DNA of 60,277 nt, filler included. It is 9 parts of 9 records of this genome, joined end to end, with 100 filler letters (N's around TTAATTAATTAA, not from the genome) between each part and the next. Parts side by side here need not be neighbours in the genome. Positions count along the whole stretch, not along the records: positions 15,526 to 23,297 come from SRR31156797_20558; positions 23,398 to 30,144 come from SRR31156797_20560; positions 30,245 to 35,519 come from SRR31156797_20564; 6 more parts are not named here. One strand, given 5' to 3'. Position 1 is the stretch's first letter, and the number at the start of each line of letters is the position of its first letter. The notes under the pieces were generated by a model. It searched no databases. It saw only the letters and a program-made list of their open reading frames with translations, and was not told the origin of the DNA. The position numbers and the translations under genes were made by a program. Positions 21,549 to 30,359 of this stretch are shown here, in pieces.

Positions 21549-22739
21549 TTAATGATCGTGATCGTCTACCCAGTCGAGACCTTCGTCACCGCGACGGAAG
21601 GGAGACATTTCGCGCAGCCTGCTGATAATCGGCGGCAGCTCTTTGAGCACCAGATCGATATCATCATCGGTATTGTAGGTAGACAGAGAGAAACGAAGCG
21701 AACCGTGAGCAAAAGTAAACGGCACACCCATGGCCCGGAGTACGTGGGAAGGCTCAAGTGAACCGGAAGTACAGGCCGAACCGGAACTGGCAGCAATGCC
21801 GAATTGGTCGAGCATGAGCAGCATGGCCTCACCTTCAATATACTTGAAGGCGATAGAAGAGGTATTAGGCAACCTCTTTTCGATATCACCGTTGACGATG
21901 GCGTCGGGAATAGCTGCGATAAGACCCTTTTCAAGACGGTCACGCATGGCCCGCACGCGGGTGTTCTCGTCATCGATATGTTTGACGGCAAGTTCCATGG
22001 CTACGCCGAGCCCTACAATACCGGGCAGGTTCTCAGTACCTCCACGTCTGCCGTGCTCCTGATGCCCGCCGAGCATAAAGGGACGAAAGGGAGCATTCTT
22101 GCGCACAAATAAAGCTCCGACTCCCTTGGGGGCATGAATTTTGTGTCCGGAAAGCACCAGATAATCCACGGGCAGGGTCTGGAGATCAATGGCAATTTTG
22201 CCCACAGCCTGTACAGCATCGGTATGGAAGAGAACCCCGTGCTTTTTGGCAGCTTCAGCCATTTCCTGAATGGGAGAAATTACACCGGATTCGTTGTTGG
22301 CATACATGACCGAAACAAGAGCGGTGTCAGGGCGAAAAGCGGTCCGGTACTGGTCCATGTCAAACATGCCTTTGGAATCCACGGACAGGTAGGTCACATC
22401 ATAACCCTTGCGCTCGTAATGCTTGGCAACATTGAGTACCGCAGGGTGCTCCACGCGAGTGGTAATGATATGCCGCTTTTCGGGCTGGGCTTCGAGGGCG
22501 GAGAAAATAGCAGTATTATCGCCCTCGGTACCACAGGAGGTGAAGATGATTTCATCAGGATCGCAATTCAACCCAGCAGCAATTTTCTGGCGGGCCTGCT
22601 CCATGAGCATCCCGGACTGACCGCCGAGACGATGCATGGATGAAGGGTTACCGAACTCATCACCGAGCAGAGGCAGGATTGCTTCACGCACTTCCGGTGC
22701 GACCATGGTGGTGGCGTTGTTATCAAGATATGCTGACAT
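21549..22739 (-). CDS. nifS: Cysteine desulfurase, NifS/IscS type
   Basis: YLDNNATT, HTDAVQ, SGHKIHAPKG and SSGSACTSGSLEPSHVL. Confidence 0.95.
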   Translation of the reverse strand: MSAYLDNNATTMVAPEVREAILPLLGDEFGNPSSMHRLGGQSGMLMEQARQKIAAGLNCDPDEIIFTSCGTEGDNTAIFSALEAQPEKRHIITTRVEHPAVLNVAKHYERKGYDVTYLSVDSKGMFDMDQYRTAFRPDTALVSVMYANNESGVISPIQEMAEAAKKHGVLFHTDAVQAVGKIAIDLQTLPVDYLVLSGHKIHAPKGVGALFVRKNAPFRPFMLGGHQEHGRRGGTENLPGIVGLGVAMELAVKHIDDENTRVRAMRDRLEKGLIAAIPDAIVNGDIEKRLPNTSSIAFKYIEGEAMLLMLDQFGIAASSGSACTSGSLEPSHVLRAMGVPFTFAHGSLRFSLSTYNTDDDIDLVLKELPPIISRLREMSPFRRGDEGLDWVDDHDH

Positions 22740-22741
22740 GA

Positions 22742-23297
22742 CTAGGCCTCCTGCACGCTGATTTCAGGTTCCACCGTTTCCTTCAGGCGACGCTCAACAA
22801 AGTCCTTAAGGGTTCGTCCGCTGGAAGGACAGCCCACACAGGCCCCGCGCAGAGAAACAATCACTTCATGCCCGTCAATGTCGATGAGTTCGATGTCACC
22901 GCCGTCCTTGTTCAAGGCCGGACGAATTTCCTCATCAATAACCTTAGTCACCAGCTGGAAACGCTTAATATTGGTCAGCTTGGCAGGCTTTTCCGGTTCC
23001 GGTGCAGGCTTAGCAGCTTCCCCGGTAAGGATTTCAGTAATGATTTCCTCAATGCGTCCGTGACAGTCCTCACAACCGCCCCCGGCCTTGGTGAAATTGG
23101 TCACTTCTTCAAGGGTAGTCAGCTTATTTTCCTTCACCGCACGCTTGATCTGAACGTCAGTTACGCCGAAGCACTTACAGACGATCTCACCTTCAGGTGC
23201 GGGAGCAGCCTCAAGACCGCGATACTTGCGGATAGCGTCTTCAAGGGCTTCCTGTCCCATGACTGAACAGTGCATCTTTTCCTTGGGCAGTCCGCCA
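22742..23297 (-). CDS. nifU: Fe-S scaffold NifU, 5'-partial
   Basis: KMHCS end of the U-type domain, BFD-like CKCF...GGGCEDC, and Nfu domain DGGDIEL...GACVGC. Confidence 0.93.
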
Positions 23298-23397
23298 NNN
23301 NNNNNNNNNNNNNNNNNNNNNNNNNNNNNNNNNNNNNNNNNTTAATTAATTAANNNNNNNNNNNNNNNNNNNNNNNNNNNNNNNNNNNNNNNNNNNN
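23298..23397. other. Artificial contig-joining spacer
   Basis: N44-TTAATTAATTAA-N44. Confidence 0.97.
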
Positions 23398-23402
23398 ATA
23401 AG

Positions 23403-26400
23403 ATGTCAAAGAAGATAATAATATATTTCCTTATCGGGCTTCTTTCCATTCCGGTTTTTGTTTCTCTTGACCGGGAAACCCATGCAGCATATACCTCCGC
23501 CGATTTTGCGGCCATCCCGCCCTTTGTTTCAGCGGGCAGCCCTCCATTGGTTCTGCTTGTCCTGGGAAGAAATCACAAACTGTATTACGAGGCGTACAAC
23601 GATGCTTCGGATCTGAACGGCGACGGGAAACTTGATGTCGGTTTTAAACCGGAAATCGAGTATTACGGCTATTTTGACTGCAATAAATGCTATGTTTACG
23701 ATGGCACGGATAAGCGATTCGAGCCAACAGCGGTTACGGCGAATGGTAAATGTACGGGCGCTGATGAATGGAGCGGGAACTGGCTTAATTATGCCACCAT
23801 GTCCCGAATGGATGCGCTTAGAAAGGTCCTTTACGGAGGATACCGTTCCACGGATACGGCTACGGAAACCGTTTTGGAAAGGGCTTTCATTCCCCAGGAC
23901 GCCCATAGCTGGGGTAAGGAATATGAAAGCGTTGCCAGGGACGGTTACGATATTACCGAATATACTCCTTACCCGCTGCCTGCTGCGGGAACGAGACACA
24001 TGTTCGCCAGCACGACCCTTTCGGACGGCGGCGAACCCCTGATGCGCGCCCTGGCTAATAGTCAGCGCCGTATCTGGGAATGGGTGGCCAAGGAACGCCC
24101 GGTTTGCGACAATTCTTTGGCCACAAGCGCGGGGGGGAAGTATGACAGTTTTCCGGCCAACCAACTGGAATACCAGGCCCTGGTCGATTTATACGGCACG
24201 GCCGAACACCTTCAGGGCTCGGGCCCGCCGGCCAATGGAACCGGCAACATAAACGGATCGGGCAACCCTTATGGAGATGATGATTATTACCTGACTATAT
24301 TTACCGGTAAAATTAAAATAGTAGGCGCCGGCGATTATCAGTTTGCCGTGGACGGCGACGACGCAGTCGAATTAATAATCAACGGAACAGTTGTAACCGG
24401 TTGGTACGGCGGTCACGGCAAATGTAGTTGTACGGATCATAAGGCTACGATAAACCTGACCGCGGGCGAGCATATCATTGAATTCCGCCATCAGGAAAGA
24501 ACTGGCGGCGATAATTATTACCTGCATTGGAACGGACCCGACAGCGGGAACGTTTGGCAAATCGTGCCTCAAGCCGGTTTTGGCGGCGGCCTTAAGGATA
24601 TGGTCCAATCTGTTTACGACGTGGAGGCGTCATCATATTCCGGACTTATTGACTACGTGGTTAGAGTGCAGGTCGGTGTGGCCGGTATGCCGGAAGATAA
24701 TTGTAAGCAATACGCTAACGGGGCCTACAAGCCCATCGGCATCCTGCAGAGGCACGGCGAGTCCGAAAACATGTTTTTCGGCCTTCTGACAGGTTCTTAT
24801 GCCAAAAATACATCAGGCGGCGTTTTGCGTAAAAACGTGGGCGCCATAACCGATGAAATAGACGGCGCCACGGGACAATTTACAGCGGTTAACGGGATAA
24901 TAAAAACACTCGATAAATTCAGGATCAAGGGATTTTCCTACAGCGGCTATTCCCACAATTCCAACTGCGGCTGGATCGCCACCAGGGCAATTAACGAAGG
25001 CGAGTGCCGGATGTGGGGCAATCCTGTCGCTGAAATGATGTACGAAGGCATGCGTTACTATTCGGGCGCGGCTACTCCTACTCCCGATTACTTGTATAGC
25101 GGAACCACGGATGACAGCGACCTGGGGCTGCCCTTGGCAAGCTGGCTGGACCCGTTCGACCCGGCTGCCGGATATGCAAGATGCGCCAAACCTTTTGTAA
25201 TGGTTATCAGCGATATATATCCATCTTTTGACTCGGATCAGCTTCCGGGCAGCTATTTTGATGTCGGTTTCACCGGTTCACTGGGAACATTGAACGTCCA
25301 GAACCTGGCCGATACAATTTCGACAACTGAAGGCATTAACGGTCAATATTTTATCGGCAACAGCGCCGGGACTTTCAACACCGCCTGTTCGGCCAAGAAT
25401 GTAACCAGCCTGAGCAACATCCGCGGCCTTTGCCCCGAAGAGCCCACCAAGCAGGGAAGCTATTATTCCGCTTCGGTTTCTTACTACGGCCATCAAAATG
25501 ACGTCCATGGAACTGCGGACGGCAACCAGAAAGTTACTACTTACGCGATCGGGTTATCTTCACCCTTGCCAAAAATCATCATTCCAATACAGGACAAAAC
25601 AATCACCCTGGTTCCCTTTGCCAAGTCGGTCGGCGGTTATGGAATAAGCTCCGCTGAAGGCGACTTTCAGCCGACCAATACAATTGTCGACTTTTTCGTG
25701 GAAACTTTAGACCCGGACCAGCCCACGTATGGAAAATTCCGCATCAATTACGAGGATGTGGAGCAGGGCGCCGACCACGACATGGACGCGATCGTTGAAT
25801 ATGAATACCAGGTCTATAAAGCGGATGGCGTCACTCCTGCCACCGATCCGGCGGACGGCGTTTTTGTCGATATTAAACTGACCTCCACATACGCCTCCGG
25901 AAGCATCATTCAGCACTGCGGTTATATTATATCGGGAACCACCAAGGACGGCATGTATCTTGAGGTCCGGGATGAAGACACTGGCTCTGGCAGCGATCCG
26001 GATTATTTCCTGGACACTCCGCCCGGCGTGGATCCCGGCGGCGTCTGGAACGACGGCGCGGCCCTGCCTTTGACCACAACGCGCAGATTTTCACCCGGCG
26101 CCGCCGGCGGCACAGCGGAACTTATTGAAAATCCGTTGTATTTTGCAGCCAAGTGGGGCGGATTCCAGGATAGCAACGGTAACAACAAGCCGGACCTGAA
26201 TTCAGAATGGGATAAAGACAATGACGGAATGCCCGACACCTACTTTTACGTGGTCAACCCGCTTGAGCTTGAAGAAAAACTCAACCGTTCATTTGCTTCC
26301 ATTCTCGAACGGACTTCTTCCGGAACAGCGGCCAGTGTTATATCAGGTTCAAGAACCGGCGAGGGCGCCCTATACCAGGCCCTCTTCTACCCGTCGTACA

Positions 26401-29099
26401 CGGATATACTCGGCAACACCCTGACCTGGTCGGGTCAGTTGCATGCCCTGTTTGTGGATACATACGGCAACTTCCGTGAAGATACCAACATGAACGACCA
26501 ACTGGATTTAACAGTTGACAGAATAGTTCAACTGTATTTCGACGAGACCGAAGGGCAGACCCTGGTTCGCTTTTTTGTGGACGCGGACGGCGATGGTGTC
26601 GGTGAAGGCGCCGGAATTGTAGGCAAATTGTCTGAAATGAAGACGATTTGGGACAGCGGCAAGTGGCTGGCCGAAGCAACGGCCGCCGCGGACCGTGCAT
26701 ATGCATTCCCGGGCAAATCCCGTTTTATCTGGACCTGGGTCGATCAGAACGACGACGGCTCGGTCAGCGACGACGGCGTAATAGACGGTTCGGAAGACGC
26801 TTCATCGGAGACAATACGTTTCGATCCGTCACAGCTGACCAACCGCCAGGTGCTTTCTCCGTACATAATGGCCAAGGCCTTCTTAATCACCAGCTTTGCC
26901 GGCGACGACAACGACCTGGAGTTAACCGCGATATCACCCGGATTGACAGGCGGTGAAGTCAAAATCACATACACGGATCCCGGCGCTGCGAATTCTGCTC
27001 TGCTGATAACAGTCGCCGGCAAGGAAATTACGGTCAGGCTGGCTACCGACGCCACAGGCGCTATAATCAGTACGGCCGGGCAGGTTGCGGCGGCGTTGAA
27101 TTCAGACGCAGCGGCTTCATTATTGGTCACAGCCAAATTGCCGGAAGGGGAAGCCGGCGCCGGCGTTGTCAGCACAATGGCATTGACCGGCCTGTCTCTG
27201 GCCGACGGCGCCCAAAAGCTGATGGAATACGTCATCGGTCAGGATAAGGCCTACTGGCGGGAAAGGGATATTGAAGTAGAAGGTGCTGTCAGAACCTGGA
27301 AGCTTGGCGATATCATTTATTCGACGCCGGCCGTTGTGGCCGCGCCCGCCGAAGACTATGACCTGATATACGGCGACAACTCGTATTTCAACTATCGCCA
27401 GGCGTTCTCCAACCGTCGCCAGGTTGTTTACCTGGGGTCAAACGACGGGTACCTGCACGCCTTTAACGCCGGCTTCTGGGATAGAAACACTCGTAAATTC
27501 GATCAAACCAAAACAATGTACCAGGTCGAATGGAACGCTGCAACCGAGCAATACGACATCAAATATGCCGCGCCTACATTCAACCCGGTTTCATACGATC
27601 TGGGAGCGGAAATGTGGGCCTTTATACCGCAGGCAGTGTTGCCGCATTTGCAGTGGCTCAAGGAAACCGAATACCCGCATACTTACATGGTCGACCTGAA
27701 ACCCAAATCCACGGACGTTAAATTTGCGGACGGCAGCTGGCACACCATTCTGATCTGCGGACTGAGGCTCGGCGGAAAGACCATTGATTCAACAGACGAC
27801 TTTGATCGCGACGGCACAGTGCAAACATCGCCGGAAGAAAAGAGAATATTCTACTCCGAAGTGTTTGCACTCGATGTCACTGATCCTGAATCTCCACCCA
27901 AGCTTCTCTGGACTTATACCCACGAAAACTTAGGGCTGACCACTAGTTACCCCACCGTGGCCAGGGTCAAGGACAAGTTTTTCGTAATAGTCGGGTCTGG
28001 ACCGCGCGGGACCGGCGCCTATAATGGCGAAAGCGACCAGGCAGGACGAATTTTTGTCCTTAACGCGGAAACAGGGGCCATGGCCAGAACAGCCCCATTT
28101 GAAATACCCGAAAGCGCCAGCTTCCTGGCTGATCCTGCTGCAATTGATATTGACCTGGCATCTGAAGATGTAAATTTTGAAGTGCAGTGGTCCAATGAAC
28201 TGACTTACATCGGCAGCACCAGCGGGGCGCCAGGCGCCTGGGCGGGACGGATGTATCGAATCCAAATGACCGACTCCAACTGGAATCCGGATGACGACCC
28301 AGATAACTGGACGCTCAGCACTCTCATTGAGGCGAAAGGCCCCATATCATCGGCGCCGAACGCAACCCGGGATGCTACCGGCAACCTGTGGATATTCTTC
28401 GGAACAGGACGTTTCTGGTCAACTGGGGATAAGGCTGAATGCCTTGCGGCATGCACCCCGGACGATACGGTTCCGGCATGCCTGACCTGCAAGACAAATT
28501 CGAAACAATGGTTCTACGGTATAAAGGAACCTTTCGATGAAAAAGCCAGCGAGTACAGCCTGGATACGGTTCTCCAGACCGATTTGGCGGACACAACCGG
28601 GTTCAAGGTGTTTGAAGGCGGCTACGTGGACACGAACGGCGACGGACAGTGGGATTTCAACTTTACCGATTTTATCTATAATGAGATACAAACCAAGCAG
28701 GGCTGGTGCTTCCAGTTTGAAGACGAAGGAGAAAGGACGACCGGTCAGCCCATTGTCCTGGGCGGCTTGGTGACCTTCACTACCTATGTGCCTTCGGCCG
28801 ATGTTTGCGACTATGAAGGCAACAGCTACCTGTACGCACTGTATTACCTGACCGGAACCGCATATTCGGAATCAACGATCGGCACGGGCACCGAATCCAT
28901 CACGGAAGGCGGCGAGGAGAAAAAAGAAGTGCTTAGCAAGACCAGCCTGGGGACGGGCGTCGGCACTGCGCCTTCCATGCACCTTGGCGCCGGGTCGAAA
29001 GTCATGATTCAGAGTTCCACGGGCGCTATTATTACCGTAACCGAAGAAATGGTCACCGAGGTGAAAAGTGGACTGAAGGCCTGGAAAGAAGAATACTAA
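23403..29099 (+). CDS. pilY1: Type IV pilus tip adhesin PilY1/PilC (1898 aa) with PA14 insert
   Basis: Signal peptide; C-terminal propeller motifs WKLGDIIYSTP, NDGYLHAFNAG, EMWAFIP, IFFGTG and FTTYVPSADVC; PA14-like segment at about 24250-24570. Confidence 0.88.
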   Translation: MSKKIIIYFLIGLLSIPVFVSLDRETHAAYTSADFAAIPPFVSAGSPPLVLLVLGRNHKLYYEAYNDASDLNGDGKLDVGFKPEIEYYGYFDCNKCYVYDGTDKRFEPTAVTANGKCTGADEWSGNWLNYATMSRMDALRKVLYGGYRSTDTATETVLERAFIPQDAHSWGKEYESVARDGYDITEYTPYPLPAAGTRHMFASTTLSDGGEPLMRALANSQRRIWEWVAKERPVCDNSLATSAGGKYDSFPANQLEYQALVDLYGTAEHLQGSGPPANGTGNINGSGNPYGDDDYYLTIFTGKIKIVGAGDYQFAVDGDDAVELIINGTVVTGWYGGHGKCSCTDHKATINLTAGEHIIEFRHQERTGGDNYYLHWNGPDSGNVWQIVPQAGFGGGLKDMVQSVYDVEASSYSGLIDYVVRVQVGVAGMPEDNCKQYANGAYKPIGILQRHGESENMFFGLLTGSYAKNTSGGVLRKNVGAITDEIDGATGQFTAVNGIIKTLDKFRIKGFSYSGYSHNSNCGWIATRAINEGECRMWGNPVAEMMYEGMRYYSGAATPTPDYLYSGTTDDSDLGLPLASWLDPFDPAAGYARCAKPFVMVISDIYPSFDSDQLPGSYFDVGFTGSLGTLNVQNLADTISTTEGINGQYFIGNSAGTFNTACSAKNVTSLSNIRGLCPEEPTKQGSYYSASVSYYGHQNDVHGTADGNQKVTTYAIGLSSPLPKIIIPIQDKTITLVPFAKSVGGYGISSAEGDFQPTNTIVDFFVETLDPDQPTYGKFRINYEDVEQGADHDMDAIVEYEYQVYKADGVTPATDPADGVFVDIKLTSTYASGSIIQHCGYIISGTTKDGMYLEVRDEDTGSGSDPDYFLDTPPGVDPGGVWNDGAALPLTTTRRFSPGAAGGTAELIENPLYFAAKWGGFQDSNGNNKPDLNSEWDKDNDGMPDTYFYVVNPLELEEKLNRSFASILERTSSGTAASVISGSRTGEGALYQALFYPSYTDILGNTLTWSGQLHALFVDTYGNFREDTNMNDQLDLTVDRIVQLYFDETEGQTLVRFFVDADGDGVGEGAGIVGKLSEMKTIWDSGKWLAEATAAADRAYAFPGKSRFIWTWVDQNDDGSVSDDGVIDGSEDASSETIRFDPSQLTNRQVLSPYIMAKAFLITSFAGDDNDLELTAISPGLTGGEVKITYTDPGAANSALLITVAGKEITVRLATDATGAIISTAGQVAAALNSDAAASLLVTAKLPEGEAGAGVVSTMALTGLSLADGAQKLMEYVIGQDKAYWRERDIEVEGAVRTWKLGDIIYSTPAVVAAPAEDYDLIYGDNSYFNYRQAFSNRRQVVYLGSNDGYLHAFNAGFWDRNTRKFDQTKTMYQVEWNAATEQYDIKYAAPTFNPVSYDLGAEMWAFIPQAVLPHLQWLKETEYPHTYMVDLKPKSTDVKFADGSWHTILICGLRLGGKTIDSTDDFDRDGTVQTSPEEKRIFYSEVFALDVTDPESPPKLLWTYTHENLGLTTSYPTVARVKDKFFVIVGSGPRGTGAYNGESDQAGRIFVLNAETGAMARTAPFEIPESASFLADPAAIDIDLASEDVNFEVQWSNELTYIGSTSGAPGAWAGRMYRIQMTDSNWNPDDDPDNWTLSTLIEAKGPISSAPNATRDATGNLWIFFGTGRFWSTGDKAECLAACTPDDTVPACLTCKTNSKQWFYGIKEPFDEKASEYSLDTVLQTDLADTTGFKVFEGGYVDTNGDGQWDFNFTDFIYNEIQTKQGWCFQFEDEGERTTGQPIVLGGLVTFTTYVPSADVCDYEGNSYLYALYYLTGTAYSESTIGTGTESITEGGEEKKEVLSKTSLGTGVGTAPSMHLGAGSKVMIQSSTGAIITVTEEMVTEVKSGLKAWKEEY

Positions 29100-29124
29100 C
29101 CTGAAATCATCATATGGATGAAAA

Positions 29125-29156
29125 GAAAAAGCGCGGCCGCAAGGCTGCGCTTTTTC
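29125..29156 (+). terminator. Intrinsic terminator after pilY1
   Basis: GAAAAAGCGCGGCC-GCAA-GGCTGCGCTTTTTC. Confidence 0.8.
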
Positions 29157-29206
29157 ACTTGCTTCGCCTTAATTCATGACGTAACCTGATACTAATAATC
29201 CTGATT

Positions 29207-30144
29207 ATGGGGAAGAACATGCCCAGCGGCAGAATGAATATAGATTACCTCCTGAAGGTTATGTCCAAAAAGGGCCTTATAAACAAGGACCAGGTCGCGG
29301 CATTGGCGGAAACAGCCGCCGAACAGGAGGCAAGAATCAAGCGCCTCAAGGAAAAGGCCGCCGCCCAGGGCGGAGAGGAAGTCGAAGACATCGGCCCGGT
29401 AGAAGTTATCGCTTCATTGGCCCTGCCGCTGCCCGGCGGAAAAAAGGGCATGACCATTAATGAAGAAGTTATAATGAAAGCCGTGGCTGAAGAAGTCAAG
29501 CTGCCGTATCGAAAGATCGACCCTCTTGAACTGGACCTTGACGTGGTTACCAAGACCTTGCCCCAGTCTTTCGCCCAAAAGCATCTTGTGGTTCCCATCG
29601 GCATTGTGGGGCAGACCCTCGAAGTCGCTGTTTGCGACCCCTTCAACCACATGGTTCTGGATGACGTGCGCAGAGTTTCGGAATTCGAAGTCGCTCCGGT
29701 AATTTCCACCAAGGAAGACATCAAAAAGCTTATCACTGAATTTTACACTTTCAAAAGCTCCATCGCCGGCGCCGAGGGCCAGATGGGAGGACTCCGAACA
29801 GGGTACGATCTCGGCAACCTTGAACAATTTGTAAAGCTTAAATCCACCGCGGAAATACAGGCTAACGACCAGCACGTTAAAAACGCGGTCGACTATATTT
29901 TCGGTTATGCTTTTGAACAAAGGGCCAGCGACATTCACCTGGAACCCAAGCGTGGAGAATCCCTGGTGCGTATGCGCATTGACGGGGTTTTGCACAATCT
30001 TTACCATTTGCCCAAGGTTATACACCCTGCTATCGTATCGAGAATCAAGACAATATCCCGCATGGACATAGCTGAAAAAAGACGCCCCCAGGACGGCCGC
30101 ATCAAATTCAGCAGTAAGGGCAATGAAGCCGAAGTAAGGGTTTC
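29207..30144 (+). CDS. GspE/PulE/PilB family secretion ATPase, 3'-partial
   Basis: N-terminal T2SSE_N-like domain, RASDIHLEP, VRMRIDGVL and MDIAEKRRPQDGRI. Confidence 0.9.
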
Positions 30145-30244
30145 NNNNNNNNNNNNNNNNNNNNNNNNNNNNNNNNNNNNNNNNNNNNTTAATTAATTAA
30201 NNNNNNNNNNNNNNNNNNNNNNNNNNNNNNNNNNNNNNNNNNNN
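30145..30244. other. Artificial contig-joining spacer
   Basis: N44-TTAATTAATTAA-N44. Confidence 0.97.
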
Positions 30245-30272
30245 AAGCATGAGTTATGATATCATCACCAAA
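30245..30272 (+). repeat. 28-bp terminal direct repeat, left copy
   Basis: AAGCATGAGTTATGATATCATCACCAAA, identical to 35492-35519. Confidence 0.95.
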
Positions 30273-30347
30273 GGGCATGGAGGTAAACTTACCGTTGACA
30301 CAACCGAAGGAAAAGGAACCATTTTTACAATTCAATTACTGGCATAA
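30246..30347 (+). CDS. C-terminal end of a histidine kinase HATPase domain, 5'-partial; not in the ORF track
   Basis: Translates as [33 protein letters not shown]. Confidence 0.85.
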   Translation, partial: SMSYDIITKGHGGKLTVDTTEGKGTIFTIQLLA

Positions 30348-30359
30348 TCATTTGATGAT

